A stretch of 64,000 nt of DNA from Paraspadella gotoi (GCA_051294375.1 CM119271.1:242721-306720); one strand, 5' to 3'. Positions 35,841-49,904 are shown, counted from the stretch's first letter. Notes: generated by a model from the letters alone, not told the origin. Numbers and translations are program-made.

Positions 35841-38800
35841 TCAGCATCCCGACTCCTTTCCTTTCCTTCCTCTCCTCTCCCCCTCTTCCGGAGGCGGAAA
35901 AGTAGGCGTCACCGGTCCTCCCCCATCTTCCTCCTCGTCTCCCTTCCCCTCTGGCCTCTCCCTCTCCTCCTCTCCTTCTCCCCCTCCCTCCCTCAACTCC
36001 CCCAGCGCCCGAAGGAGTCTTCTATTGGCTCCGTCGAGTGCGGCGATCGTCTTTTCTTGCGTCTCTATCATTTCTCCCTTCTCTTCCAACTTTTCTCTCA
36101 TCTCTTCTCTCTCTCTTCTCAATTCTTCCTCCACTCGCGCCATCCGCGCCACGAGTCCCTTCGTCAGTGCCTCCCGTTCTTCCTGTTGGCGCCGAGTCCG
36201 GTGTCGTTCCGAGGCGAGCTTCGACTCGAACTCCCTCGTCAACGCCTCCAGACGAATCGACTGCGTCGAGGAGAGTTCCGTCAACTGACGCCGCAGAGTC
36301 TCGATCTCCGCCTCATAATCGGCGGCGGAGCGGCGCTGCTCCGCCAGCTGGCGCTGAACAAGCCGGACACCCATCCTCGGGCCCGTGTGGGAGGAATAGC
36401 GGCGACGAATGGGCGCCGCCCCGGGCGGACCCGATGTCGGCGTCGTTTCCGGGCAAGAGATTGGGCTGACGGCGCCGTCGGAAGGCGTCGTCGTCGAGGA
36501 CCTGGGACGGGGACTGGCGCTGCGGGCCGTGTCGAAAGGCGGCGCCGTTGGCGCGGACGAGGAAAGCAGCGAAGACGCCGAGTCTCCCGTCGGCGCCGCC
36601 TTGGAATCCTCGCCGTTGCTGCTGCTGGTGGAGGAGTCGCTGACACCGGACAAGCGGCTGAGCGGATGAGACTGGCGGCGCTGCGGCTGCATTGGCTGCG
36701 GATGAAGCATCTGCTGCGGCGAGCGGGCGAGGGCGTAGTCGCCGTTGACGAGGGGAGAGGCAGAGTTGCCAGCGTTGGCGCCATCGACGTCGATGAGAGG
36801 AGGATGGAACCGACAGGGGGGGCGTGAGTAAAGACCCGATTCGACGACGGCGCGACTCAGTGGGTTGGAAAAGTTAAGGGGCTGAAAAGGGAGAATTATA
36901 AATTAAATTAAATTATGATTATTCAGGTAAAACAATTTTTAATTTGTCTATCGTTATTGAATAAAAGAAAATTGTTTTACTACTTAAATGCCTAAAACGT
37001 AAAGAAAGCAATAACTACACAATGCCTATCAAGTATTAACACATTAATTTTAAACTACGCTACATTTATTATTATTCTCCTAATATTCTTCACCTGTAAC
37101 GAAGACGGACGCGTGGAATCCTCGGCCGAGGCGGACATAGGGCACTCGGGCCCGTGATGGTTCTCTCGAGATGGTTCGCCCGAGAGCCTCTCCATGAAGT
37201 TAACCAAGTCTACATAGTCTTCGTTAGAACACATGGAGAGATGCTGACCGGGCGAGAAGTTGTTGTTGTTATTCGAGGCGCGGGAGGAGGATCGATCGGC
37301 CGACGAGGCGCCGCCCCTGCCGCAGGGAGACAGCACCGCCGCGGATCCCGCAGCAGCGTGCACCTGCGAAGCCGCGTGCGAGAGATGTCCTTGCTGCGAA
37401 TAAGGAGAGCCCCGGCTGTGCGCCAGAGCGTAAGTGGCGTAGTTTTGAGGAACACGCTGCTGCTGTTGTTGCTGCCCCGGCTGCTGCAAGAGATGAGGAT
37501 TATTCTGCAAATGTTGCTGCTGTCGAATGAGGTCGATCTGCGAGAGATGCTGCGTCGCCACGGCTTCGGCGGCACGCGGCGCCGTAGGCGTCCCTCCCGG
37601 AGACTCTTCCAGCGCCGAACAGAGGACGTAGTCGTCGCTCGTCCGCAAATCTCTCGCCGCCAATTTCCGCGTCCGTCCGGTGGTGAGGAATCCCGCGTGG
37701 GCGAGAGACGATTCGGCCGAAGGAAGAGACTGAGCGGATCGAGTGATCGAAGGTGAAGTCTCGTAGCACCGGGCGCCGATGAGGCCGCCGAATGTGGCCG
37801 ATGGAGGCACCTGGAAGCAGAAAGGGGGAGAATTGAAAAAAAAAAAAAAAAAAAGATTTAACTTAAGGAGGCAGTATAAAAGGTGATAGACAGACCCCCT
37901 CCTTCACATTCACCTCATCTTCATCTTCCTCCCAGGGATTCGGGGCCGCGTTCACGAGATTCAGTTCACCTTCTCTCTCTTCTCCTACTAGTTTCTCCCC
38001 TTTTTTTTTCTCGTGACTTTACTTCCGGTTAGGATACCTTTTCAGACGATGGACTAAAATTCACCAACCGTTCATCAGCGACCATTGGTGCAAGAGGCAA
38101 GTCATTCGCTTCCTAAACCAAAGGTCCGGGGTTCTAGCCCGGTGGCCGCCTAGCAGTTAAGAGGGACGGGGTGCTTTAACCCGCCTGTAACACGGTGTTA
38201 CAGCCTGATCAGAAGCTCAGAGATTGGTTATATTGAACGGTTCTGTCACTAACTCATAACAATTATTTCTGTCTTTTCAGTTTAATTAATAAAATTATAT
38301 AATCTTCAAATTTATCCGGGAAACGAGACAGTACTGACCGAAGGATTCAGTCTGGCGAATTCCGATTTGACCGGCGAAGCATCGGCATCGGGAAAGGCCC
38401 CAGCTCCTCCACCGTTCCCACTTCCGGAGGCGGACAAGCTCGTCAGCTTGGCCAGTATCTTCCCCAGCTTGGCCATCGTCGGGATCGTCTCCCGACGAGG
38501 GACGCGTTCCAGGTTCTCGTCGAGGATGCCCCGCAAGACGGAGACCTCACGGCCGAGATCGAGTCCGCCTGGGTCGTGCTCGAGATGGTGGACGGAGGGC
38601 TCCGGCGAGGAGATCTGATGAAGGAACGCCTTCATCGAGGCCCACTCCGACTCCACGAAGGAGTTCATAAAGCACATGTAGTCCTCCTTGCGGCCGAACT
38701 GACTGAAGTTGGCCAGCGTCTGGACGGTCTTGGCGATGAGGGTGAGGTTGCGCGCCGCCTTCTCCTGCGGATACTCTTGGGTGAGGGAGAAAAGGCTGGG

Positions 38801-40981
38801 GCTGAGGACGGCCGGGCAGATGTAGCGGAGAAATATGGAGGAGGAGATGAGGTTTTCGAGGACTTCGATCTTTAAGGGAAAGGAGGGTTGTTTAAAATGT
38901 TTGATAGTTGTTTATTTATATTCATTTATATTCACATATAAATACCAAATATCTATTTATCTATATCTATTTATTTACCTTTTGATTTACTTATTTATTA
39001 TTTATTTAATGATAAACTTACCTTGTCTCTCTCTAAACACTTTTGCCGCAGTCTCGAAAACAGGCGCCGAAGTTCGATGGGAAAATAGCAGGCTGAGTTG
39101 ATGACCTTGACCCAAACCATCTCCACGTACATGGTCAGGTTAGCCTGGTTCTTGTGCAAGGAGGTCAGGTTGGTCACCCGCTGGGGATCCACCTCGCAAT
39201 CGTCGGGCGCCTCGACGATCCCGCGGACAAAGTCGCCGACGGTGTCGCGGAGGTAGCGCTCACCGACCAACTTCATGTAGGCCTCGACGCTCTTGGTGGC
39301 GAGGGTGTTGCCGCGGAAGACGAGGCTCTCGTTCTCAAGGCTCTCGATCTCCGCGACGGTGATGTCGACGAGGAAGTCCTGCGCCTTTCCGATCTTGTGA
39401 AGGACGCGGACTAGAGCCGTCGCCGCGTTCTCTTTGGCCTTGACGGGAATGTTGGGCTCGAGGACCTGATGTTTCCGTGCAGAGGGAGAGACAGAGGAAA
39501 GGAAACTACAGTATGTAATTTTTACAACCAATATAAAAATAATTATTTCACTTAAATATTAAAAAAGCTATATTGAGCCTGACTTTGGACATGCTATGGT
39601 GACTTAAGGCCTTCATCACAATATAAAAATTGTAATTACGTATTTTACTTTTAATTATTTTCGATTATTTTTAGTATAGACACAAACCTTTTTTAAAGGC
39701 CATTTTCAAATCGCCTACCTCGCAAAGCGACGCGTATTCTTCGACGAGATACTCGAGCAGCTCTCTGTAGGCGCTCATGGGCAGAATGTCGACCGTCTGC
39801 CATTTGGCCTTGACTCTCAAGACTGGCACCTCCGCAGACTTTGATGAACTGGACCACGGGGACGCGAATGACTTGCCGCCGCCGCCGATAACGCCGCTCG
39901 ACGCCGCGCCGGGCAAACTACTCGAGTCCCGGGGTCCCTTTCCGCCGGCCGCTGGAGAAGCCGCCGCCGCTGCCTCCGGCGTCAACGATGGCGCCGGGTA
40001 CCAACGCTCTACCATCTGACCGCAATCAATGCTCGACGTCGGGATGTTGATGGCACCTAAGAGGGCGTGGCCTTTGCCTTTTTTTTTCTTCTTTCCGTCC
40101 GCCTCCCGATAAATGTTGACAGTGACGGTGCGGACGTCGGGTAAATCGGAAAAGTGAAACCGTTCTCCCCAAAAGAGGATGTCGCCCTTGGTCTTGGACG
40201 TGGTGCGAGCGTAGAGGCCCCGATCGAGCACAATTTCGCAAAAGTATTTTTTTTTGGGAGAGACGCATTTGGCCTCGAGAATCCAGACGGTGAGGGAATT
40301 GTCTCGGCGACGAGTGAGGTCTAGGTCCGGACGGACCGTCTTGCGAATGCATTCCATCCACTTTTCACGCTCCTCCGCGGTGCGACACGCGAAAAATTTG
40401 GCGCCGGAGGGAGTGGAGACCTGGGTGAGGTGCAGGAGTTGGGGGGGGGGGTCATGGTTTGATGACTTTACACGAATAAATTTCTAGAAAATTTAATCAA
40501 ATTTCGGAGAACACAAATTTCGTTCCACGAACAAAACAAAGGTCATATTGGTAAGGCAGCCATTTCTGAATTACTACTAGTAGTATATGCGAAACGAATT
40601 TTATGCCTCTGTAGAAATGTTAAACTTCACAATATTTTTAAAGGTTATCGAGCGTTTTTTAAGACTTGGCACCGAGAATGATTCATTCCTGAAACGTGCA
40701 GTAAAAAATAAAACTACTGGCGAAGGAGAATAAGTTGAGAAAAAAGATCTAAAGTTATGACGCGTCTTTCTCACGATTGTTTATTTAAGAATGACAACAA
40801 AATCCTTTGGTCACGTGACTAGTGACGAAGAAAAAGAAAATCTACAGACAACAGGCGAAAGTAAATAAAATGAAAAATAGAAAGTGAAAAAAAGAGAGAA
40901 TTGTTCGCGATTTCAAGACAAACTCACCGGCCAAGACCCCCTACGACTACTTCCGCTCATTTTAGTTGAAATAAGTTAGAA

Positions 40982-41042
<61 letters not shown>

Positions 41043-43399
41043 CTAAACTTTTTCAGTGAAGAACACAATTCTCGAGTTCAGAGAAACAAATTTCAAGGTT
41101 TTTTCTTTCCTTGGGTGCGATCAACAGGAATCCAACTTTCGCCAGGGAAATCGATTTTTTCGGCCAAAAAAGTCAGAAAAAATAATTTTTTTAAAAAAAA
41201 TTATTTATTGGTTTCATCCCTCCGACGCCGAGGTGCAACGGATTTGGGGGGAACAAACGAAAGGAGCAAACGTTGGATTCCCCTTTTCCCCACTCAGAGT
41301 CGGTTTTTTTTGTTTTAAGCGGATTTAATACTCTCTCTCTCTCTCTCCATTCCTGCGGGCGTTCGTGGGGCAAAAGATAATAATACTATTATTTAGCCCG
41401 CGGCTTTGAACGTCGTAACGAGTCAAAAGTAATTTCCGGACATCCTAATAATCGGGTCTTCTCTTTCCAACTAATTTACCACCGAAAAATTAACTTAAAA
41501 ATCGAGTGAATATTTTTTTGTCAAGTTGAAAAATCCAAAGTCGAAAATGAAGATCAAGAGGGAAAAATGCTCAACTGCGAACGATAAAATAAGTTTTTTT
41601 TTCGAATAGTACTTTAATAAAAAAAAAAAAACAATTATGTACGACATCGATTGCCAGATAACGTAATATTAAAAACTTAGGCTTTACAAAATTGCACTTT
41701 AAAAATAATAGACCGGGAACGAACAAGTAATTTTTCATTGAAAATCGAAAGTGGTTGAAGTAGGGGTAGCCGCACTCAGTGGGGTGTGTCAAAAATTTAG
41801 AATGAGTACATGCTCAAACGAAAATTTATACATTTTTGAGTATACTTTCAATGGACAAAAATTTTTTTATATAGTTCTATACTTTAGTAATTATTTTTTT
41901 AATATTTATATATAGATATTTTTTAGATAGGAAAGACCATAAATCTTTTTTATAAATTTTAAATTTCAAGACTAGATTCAGATAGCTCATGAAAAGTTGT
42001 CTACACGAAGTATAATTCTTTTATTAATATTTTTATGATAAGTCAAAAAAAAAGAAAACCGTAAAAAATTGTCATCATATTTCCTATTTAAATTTTTATG
42101 CTCTATCAGAATCCATAAAAAAATTTTAAGATTTCCAATTTTTTTCACCTTTATATAATATACATAATTTTATATTAAAATTAAAATTTAAATATATAAT
42201 TTTAATTAGCGTTTTGTCATTAATCAGTCATTCAGAGTTTAACTTTTAACTTAGATACTTAAATCAGATAATTTTGAAATAACGATTTCGATCCGTAACA
42301 CGAAAGCGACGTAAAGGCGAGAGCCGTAACTCTTTCTTTATTAACGCGAAATGAGAAAAAATCGGGAGACTTCGACTCACGAATGGTCTCTCTCTCTCTC
42401 TCTAGAAATATTCCGTGTTGTGCCCCGATTCGTGTCTCTGTCTCTTCGGTGGAAAAGAGCACGATCGATATTATGCTGCTTCTGTGTGAGAGAGAGCAGA
42501 GAGAGAGAGAGAGAGCAGAGAGACGAGAGAGAAGAGAGAGAGAAGTGAGAGAGAGAGAGAGAGCACACATTTGTCCATCGCGAAGGAAAGCGGGAAAATC
42601 GGGGAATGATCCGGGGAAGAAAGAGACAAAAAAGGGGGGGCAGGTCGGAGGTAAAAACAACCAAAGGACAAAGACAAAAACAACAACAACGAGAAAGAGA
42701 ATTGACTGGAGGCGACCGATGAATTATTCAAAATTGACGGTGCGATTGTGATCCGTCGCGATTTGTAAGGAAGGCGAGATGATAAATAGAGATTGGGATC
42801 GATCGATCGTGGGAGGAGGTAAAGGGGGGAGAGAGAGAGAGAGAAAGAGAGAGATTTTCAAGGCTCGATCCTTTGAGTGCCGCGAAAGGTTTTCGTTTTA
42901 TTCGATCGTTTTCCAATCAATTTGGGGTAAAAAGATTTTTGTCCCGAAGAGGGCGAACTCATCGAAACGTCGAGACAGAGTTGTCAGGGTAAAAGTGTGA
43001 ATGGATCGCGACGCGAATCACGTGATTCTGTGAGAAAAGTCTGGAAGATGAGATTTTGGGCGTCGATCGTTGATCCGAGAGGGAAAAAAAGAGAATGTTT
43101 ATTTGATTCAAAGAGGGAAGGGGGCAGAGGGTGGGGAGAAAAATTTGCTTCGTTAAGTGGGAAAAGCTTTCTTGGAAATGGAGGAGGGACCACAAATAGT
43201 ATTTTTTGCATTGATTGAATCGTCAAAATCGAATTCTTCTTAGGACGGACGTTAAAAGTTCAGCCGATAAAAGTCGGGAAAAGTCAGAAAGAACATTTTC
43301 CGTTGGGTTGGGATTTCTCCAACCGATTCGTTTGTTTATCCTGGATTCGAGTCAGCGATTCGGCGCCGCAACAACGATGGGGCTGTCGTTGAACAATGA

Positions 43400-43469
<70 letters not shown>

Positions 43470-45739
43470 GCAACGAAATGGAAAGTTCATCCACCCGAAA
43501 AGGGGAACAGTTTATAAGGCGGAAATAAGAAACGAGATATCGAAAGGCGGATGTAAACATGAATTACTATCTAGGAAAAAAGGATATAACATTTTCTATA
43601 AAGGATATCTATTCGAAAACTTAAATTTAAAAAAAAATTAGAATGCTTCCGGATTTACATTAAATTTTCCTTCCATTTTTTTGTAGGTCAAATCGTTTAG
43701 AAGTTACAGGCCAAAAAATATTGTTACTTCAAATGAAAAATGGCAAAAAAATCATATTTAGTTTACCTCCTTTTTTGGTATTCAATTATTTGTTTTTATT
43801 TCGAATAGAGTTATTTTTTTTATTTTTTTTATTTGGCAATGATAAAGACCTTGTACCTTTTTTTGTTTAAAAAAAATGCTATTATACCTTTAAGAAAAAA
43901 AGAAAAAACATGCAACATGGTAAAGGCCTTGTACCTTTTTTTAGTTCAAAAAAGTGCTATTATAACTTTCAGAAAAGAGGGAAAGATGCGTAACATCAAT
44001 ATCGGGTCTGAAAAGAATTTTATTAAAGACGTGGAAAAACATTTCATTGCCATACCTCAATTTGCTGTATGAGAAGCATGCCCAGACGAATGCAGGCAGT
44101 AGTCGTTGCCGAGGAAGGGCATACCAAATATTGAGAATGTTTTGTATACTTTTTATTGAATAAATGAATTATATTATATACTTCTTTCCTAGATAGTAGA
44201 AATAAAAATACGACGAATATGAAAAAATGTGAGAGAGAGAGAGAGAGAGCAAAAAAAGGAAGTATAGAAGACGGAAAGTGAAAGAAAAGTTCGACGATTT
44301 TAACGAGAAAAAAGAAAACTGGAGACGGAGACGGAATCGTGAAAAGGAATCTCCAAAGACTCTGAACTTTCCGATATGCGATTATTCATTGATATTCATA
44401 ATTGATTCATTACTTGTTTTCCCTTTCAGTTTATTGAGCATCGTGTTATCATTAGAAAGCATGTATTCGAGTGCGTGTCCTATGATCAATTGGCGTCCCC
44501 CTTTCTCTTGTTATTCATAATCACAAATTTTAAACAGTGGGCTTCATTGTGGTCGACCGTGCCGCCTCGAGGTAAACTGACATTGTGGTCTACGCGTTAG
44601 AGGGTCTCGTGCTTCTCAAGCCCGGCCGGCGCCCACGGCATCGCCCACAACAATCACCCTCTAACAGTGGTGCATCGACCTATCCATCTTCATATGGAGA
44701 ACACCCCAAGAGGTCGACAGTTCAAACACTCTTTTCTCTGCAGTGCTGCTTCATCAACCCATTGCCTATCGGGTCGATTCTGAGGCACTGGATTCGTGAC
44801 CACACCCTATCCGTCAGCAGTCACACTGTTATGATAGCCATTGGTTCAGCCTGACTGTGAAGCTATATTGTTCCTTTCACAAAAATATTTTATCCGTGAT
44901 CTTCAACCCAGCTGTGCCACGAAGCAAAGGCCTAGTCGCGGCTTGAGACTTGGTCGACCTTGTAAAGCGTTATTGGTCCCACGCAACTCGCGTCTTTAGA
45001 CCAAGACGACAAACCTTACCAAGATCCGTCGCGCGGCTTATCCCCGAATCTTGGCTACAAGCTCAACAGAAGATCCAAGTCGCTATTCGAGAATTTTTAT
45101 TCTACTGTCACGTAACAATTAAACTAAACTAAAAAATCTTAAGAGCAGAAAGATCGTCGCAATCGCATAAGAAAAATCTGGATTGACGACAAATTTTTAT
45201 ACTAAAAAAAAATCAAATTTGAGAAAAGAATTAATTTATAAACAAAGAAAAAAAGAATCAATATAAAGAAAGAATAGAAAGGAAAGAAAGAATAGAAATG
45301 GAAAGAAAGAGAATAGAAGGAGAAAAAAAAGAATAGAAAGGAAAAAATAGAATAGAAAGGAGAAAGAAAAAAATAGAAAGAAAGAAAAAATAAAAGGAAA
45401 GAAAAAATAGAAAAGGAAAGAAAAAAATAGAAAGGGAAAAAGAAAGATATAAAAAGGAAAGGAAAGAATAAAAAAGAGGAAAGAAAGAATAAAAAGGAAA
45501 GAAGAATAAAAAGGAAAGAAAGAATAAAAAGAAAGAAAGAATAAAAAGGAAAGAAAGAATAAAAAGAAGAAAGAATAAAAGAAAGAAAGATAAAGAAGAA
45601 AGAAGAAAAAAAAGGAAAGAAAGAATAAAAGATAGAAAGAAAAGAAAGAAAGAATAAAAAGGAAAAGAAAGAATAAAAAGGAAAGAAAAGAATAAAAAGG
45701 AGGAAAAAAAGATAAAAAGGAAAGAAAGAATAAAATCAA

Positions 45740-45802
<63 letters not shown>

Positions 45803-48800
45803 CCAGATCGGTTTCGCGACGATCAGCAGCGGCAGCAGCAGAGGCACCCAGTAAAAAAAGAAAGAAATCAAAAAGCAGAGCAGCAGGAGAAAAGAGAGAA
45901 AAAGAATAAGGCCCTGCAGAGCCAGCTGCAGACTCGTTTTTTTCCTTATGAATCAGTGACTAGGGAAATGAGAAAGGGAGAGAGACATGTAATTAAAAGA
46001 GAAAAGAGAGAGAGAAAGAAATATAAAGATAAAAGAGAGAAAATTTGATTGTTTTGATAAAAAGTAAACAAAACATATTTAATAACTGTCCAGACTCAAT
46101 TTTAAACACATCGATGATGAGAAGCTGTATATAAATTTTCAGCTTCATACACCCAAATTTAATCATAAAAAAGGCGATCTATAATTTGGAACGCCGACGA
46201 CGACGACGACGACGACGCCACTTATGGGAAAAAGCGATACAATATCGTCGCAAACGCTAAGTGATTGCGACGATAAAAAAACTACAAATACAAAATCTTT
46301 GTTGATCTTATTAGAACCAATTTTTTTAGAACTTGAAGTAATGTTGTTAAGGTCGCAAGCGGCGAGGGAATTTGGCCGATGTTCCTTCGAGATTCGGACG
46401 AATAAACAATGAGAAAAGAACAAGGAATTTCCATAGGAAGCAAAAGTATTTCCAGAACTTTTTTCCTCTTTTTTTTGTTTGTTTGAGAGAGAGAGAGAAT
46501 TGGGGTTGGGTCGTTGGAACTTGGGCGAGAGGAAATACCGACTAAATATAGACGAGCGATAAAACGAGAAAGTTTTTAATATAGAGTTCAGAGACGAAGA
46601 CAAAGATGGAAAAAATTGGCTTAAGTTAAGAGTAAGGAGCTTATCGGTGAAAATAAAACTTGGATAAAGAAATATCGCAGCTTTTAATCGGGGCATGCCA
46701 AAAATCTCTAGTATCGTGGTGGTCTTTTGCTGACTTAAAACTTCCAATAACCATTAAACAGCCACTGGATTTTTATCAATAACAGGTTTTTATAACTCCG
46801 GGGGAGGGGGAGTGCAGTTTGTATGTCATTTAAAGAAATAAGGAAAGTAGCGCGTATGTAAAATGGGGCCAAGTCACGACTCACATTCTAACCTTCAATA
46901 ACAAGACTAAATTAATAATAATAATAATATTAATAAAATAATAGATCCAAAGGCTTAACTTACTTGAAAGCAATGTTCCTGACCCAGGACGGAAGGGTGG
47001 AGCGGCTTGATTTCTACGTCGACGCCGGGACCGAGATTCAGCGAAGGAGGAATCCCGTTGGATTTGAGGACGTTGGTCAGGAGAGATTCGTGGGATCTGC
47101 GAGGAGGGGTAAGTATGGAGGGTAAGTTAGGAGGAGAGAGAGAAAGAAAGAAACCTCTCTTTTTTTCTCACTCTTTCTTTTATACTTTTTTCTTTCTCTC
47201 TTCGTCCCATATCTTTCTCACTCTCTCTTCCTTTTTATCATTTCTCTCTTCTCTTTCTCTCTTTCTTTCTCCCCCTCTCTCTCTCACCTAGACGCCTTCA
47301 GCTTCCCAAAGGCGGGCCGCGGCCCGACGACTTCGCTGGCGGAAGCGTTGAGTCGCTTCCGGTCGCGATAGAGACGCGTCATGGATTTGGTGCGTTTGAG
47401 TTGAGACTTAAGGTTTCGACGAGTGAGACCGAAGAAGACTGCGAGTTTGGACGAGGATGAGGCGCCGGCGGAAGATGGCACCGAGGCGTCGACGTCGTGG
47501 GAGACGCTCTCGTTTGGAGCGGTGTGGGCGCTGTCGTTGGAGAGCTTAAGGGCGGGCGGGGAAGGAAAAGATATTTAGGTAGGTTCACCCTCGCCAATAG
47601 ACTTTCTTCCTCCAATCGGGACCCAGATTCTCATTGAGAAGGTAGGTGCCGATATGGCAACAGTCGGGTTGCCTGTGATGTCAATCTAACTGTTGGCTTT
47701 GGGGCTTCCGACCCTCATTGACGCCTCCTGTCAATGGCGCGGTTACCCTAGGACGGTCTCGCTTTGCCAACGCAGAGGGAAGTCGTTAGTAACGTAGATG
47801 GAACGCAACGCCTGGGATGGTGCTTTCCCCCTCTGTGCCAATGGGATTGGCTGAACGATGATGGACATTAGGCGGTGTGAATATACCGCCACACGAGTTC
47901 AATTACAACCCGGTAACAGCCCAACGTCAGGACGGCCTGAAATCGCCTGGTTCCAAGCTTAATTGACCTAAAGCGTGGGCTGAAGATGACCTTAACTTCT
48001 TTAAGACCTCGATTCACCCCAATCCTAAGACCCATTCCTCGTTTTGAACTTTATTCCCTCTTCCTCTATAAATTCCGCACCTGTGAATCGACGGATGTTT
48101 CGTGAAGACTCGGATCGGGAGAGTCGAGATTCGTCGACGTCGAAAAAGGATTCACAAAAGCCAACGCCCCACCTCCACCACCGCCGCCCTTCCCGAAGGC
48201 AAAGCTGTGAAGGCTGCCGTGATGCGTGGGCGGAGCTTCGGCGCTTCCGTCGCCCCAGTCCGACGGCGCCGCCGCCCGCAGATCCAAGTCGCTGGCGCAG
48301 AGCGGCGTTCGGGAGGATTGGCTGCCGCTGGTGCCGTAGACACCGGAACAGACACCACCCAAAGGTTCCGTCGCCGTCGTCGTCGACGAGGTCGTCGAAT
48401 ACGAGTCGATGTCCTTTGAAAAATAAGTTTGTTGTTGTTCATAATTAATTTAGAGATTTATACAAAGCAGCACGAAATTATCTATGAATCATTGAGACTA
48501 TTATGTAAATGTAAATAAACATCTTAAGCGCACTTACTGAAATAGAAAATAAGCCAATGCCACTTTGAATAATTTACTACTTTATGCAAATGAGATCGAT
48601 GAACTCAATTTCGTGTTGAAATACACTCGGAAATCATCCGAACATCTACAGATCTCCCTCCGAGAAACTCCAGTTACCTGATAATCCCCGCCTCTTCCCG
48701 CTAGAATTCCGGAGGTCGACGCCATGTCTTCGGCTCCGAGGTCTCCTCCGCCTCCGGAAACACCCGTCGAGGTCGTCGTCAACGACGCTGTGGAGACGTT

Positions 48801-49904
48801 GACCTCGGCCTGCTTCGCCTTCTCTCGCTTCTTGCTCTTTTTGGAGCCGCGAAACGGCGCCAGATTGAGCAGCTTCTTTTTGGTCTTGGAACCCTCCGAG
48901 GAACGGCGCTGCTCGGCTGGAGGCGGCGCCGCCGACGGCGGAGTGGAAGACGCAGCCGGCGCCTTACCGTGGACGGTGCAGTAGGCGCGGAGAAACTCGG
49001 TGGAGGCGGCGAGAGGTGGCTGAGGCTGTTGCGGGTCGCTGGAGAGGGACCGCTGGGGAAAGGGAATGTTCAACGCCGACCGGTGGGCAAAGGGCGGCCC
49101 ATCCGGTGCTGGAGGAGCCACTGGAGGAGAGCGGAGCCCACGGCGGAGCTGATGGGTTTGCGCGAAGAAGTGGTAATTATGGAGAGGTTGCGTCTGTTGA
49201 GGTTGTGATTGCTGATGCTGCAGCAAAGTAAAAGGCGTCGGGACCGCGCGTTCGGTGCCTGCAGGACGCGAAACGGCGCCGCCGTTCAGCGCCTGACGAA
49301 GCGGGTGACTCGGATCGAAGCGGAGGTTTGGGCTGGAGCCAAAAGGCGCCGGCCGGGTGGTAGTAGTTTGCTGGAGTTCCGACTGAAGTTGGAGCGGAGA
49401 TCGACTGTGAGAGAGGAGTCGATCTTCAGGTGGGTCTCGGCGAAGCTCCTCGACCGAAGCTGTCAGAGCGTCGCTTCTGTCGCCGTTTTTTAACGTCCGG
49501 TCAAGGACCGGCCGGATCGTCTCCTGGTTGGCCGGTCGCAACGTGTCCCGATTGGAGGAGAAGGAAGAGGAGGAAGAGGATGAGGCGATTGTGTTTCGAC
49601 TGGACGCGGATCTTAACGAATTTCGAGAATGGGCGGTGTCTTCATCAGCCGCAGCGACGGAGGCGTCTTCGGGCTCCGCCGAAGATCTATCGCGAGATGG
49701 CGGCGTGGCGGAGGAGTTAGACCGCCGATCGGGGTAAAGGTCGCCGCCGGGTCCAGCAACGTTGACCGGCGGGCGACCGACGAGTCGGGAAACCGTCGCC
49801 GGACATCGAGATTGGCGCGGCGAGTCAAAGGGCAAGCGAGGGAGGGAGTGGGGCGGGACCGTGGCGACATCCCCGTCATTTTTGGCTCCGGGATCAGTTC
49901 TCAT
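35841..49904 (-). CDS. Ras GTPase-activating protein of the SynGAP/DAB2IP/RASAL2 (nGAP) family: PH-C2-RasGAP-coiled coil
   Basis: Exons 49904-48678, 48413-48081, 47544-47288, 47096-46964, 40420-39719, 39465-39022, 38869-38339, 37810-37094 and 36881-35841 join in frame. Motifs: LKRTKS, RSHESLL, IKPLHPSVLGQEHCFQV, FACRTAEEREKWME, C2 (LYARTTSK..FWGERF), arginine finger FRGNTLATK, FLRYICPA, LTLIAKTVQTLANF, PLNFSNP. Confidence 0.93.
38078..38275 (+). mobile_element. tRNA-derived SINE-like element in a RasGAP intron
   Basis: GCGACCA..TGGCCGC acceptor-like stem (6/7 pairs), A-box-like TGGTGCAAGAGG and B-box-like GGTTCTAGCCC within 38078-38150, followed by hairpin CTGTAACAC/GTGTTACAG. Only one copy in the window. 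Confidence 0.5.
43567..44196 (+). mobile_element. Internally deleted (MITE-like) derivative of the Tc1-type element at 63393
   Basis: TA|CTATCTAGGAAAAAAG ... CTTCTTTCCTAGATAG|TA termini; retains a decayed transposase 3' end (...ATGCCCAGACGAATGCAGGCAGT...GGGCATACCAAATATTGA). Confidence 0.88.
44380..45117. mobile_element. Possible solo LTR or other transposon fragment
   Basis: Mixed-composition block unlike the flanking intron, ending ...TGTCACGTAACA (LTR-like terminus). No target duplication or partner found. Confidence 0.25.
45131..46230. mobile_element. Dispersed repeat family B copy 2, with expanded A/G-rich tract (45240-45800)
   Basis: Shares both conserved blocks with 8036-8937 and 62427-63215. 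Confidence 0.65.

Noticed and set aside
35647-36827. Long plus-strand ORFs overlapping RasGAP exons (also seen over the lark-like gene and RNF14)
   Set aside because: Antisense shadows of GC-rich coding exons with no recognisable domains.
45236-45871. 211-aa Phe/Leu/Ser-rich ORF resembling a membrane protein
   Set aside because: Translation of an A/G-rich simple repeat inside repeat family B; the same applies to the SLSL/ERER ORFs over (GA)n tracts.
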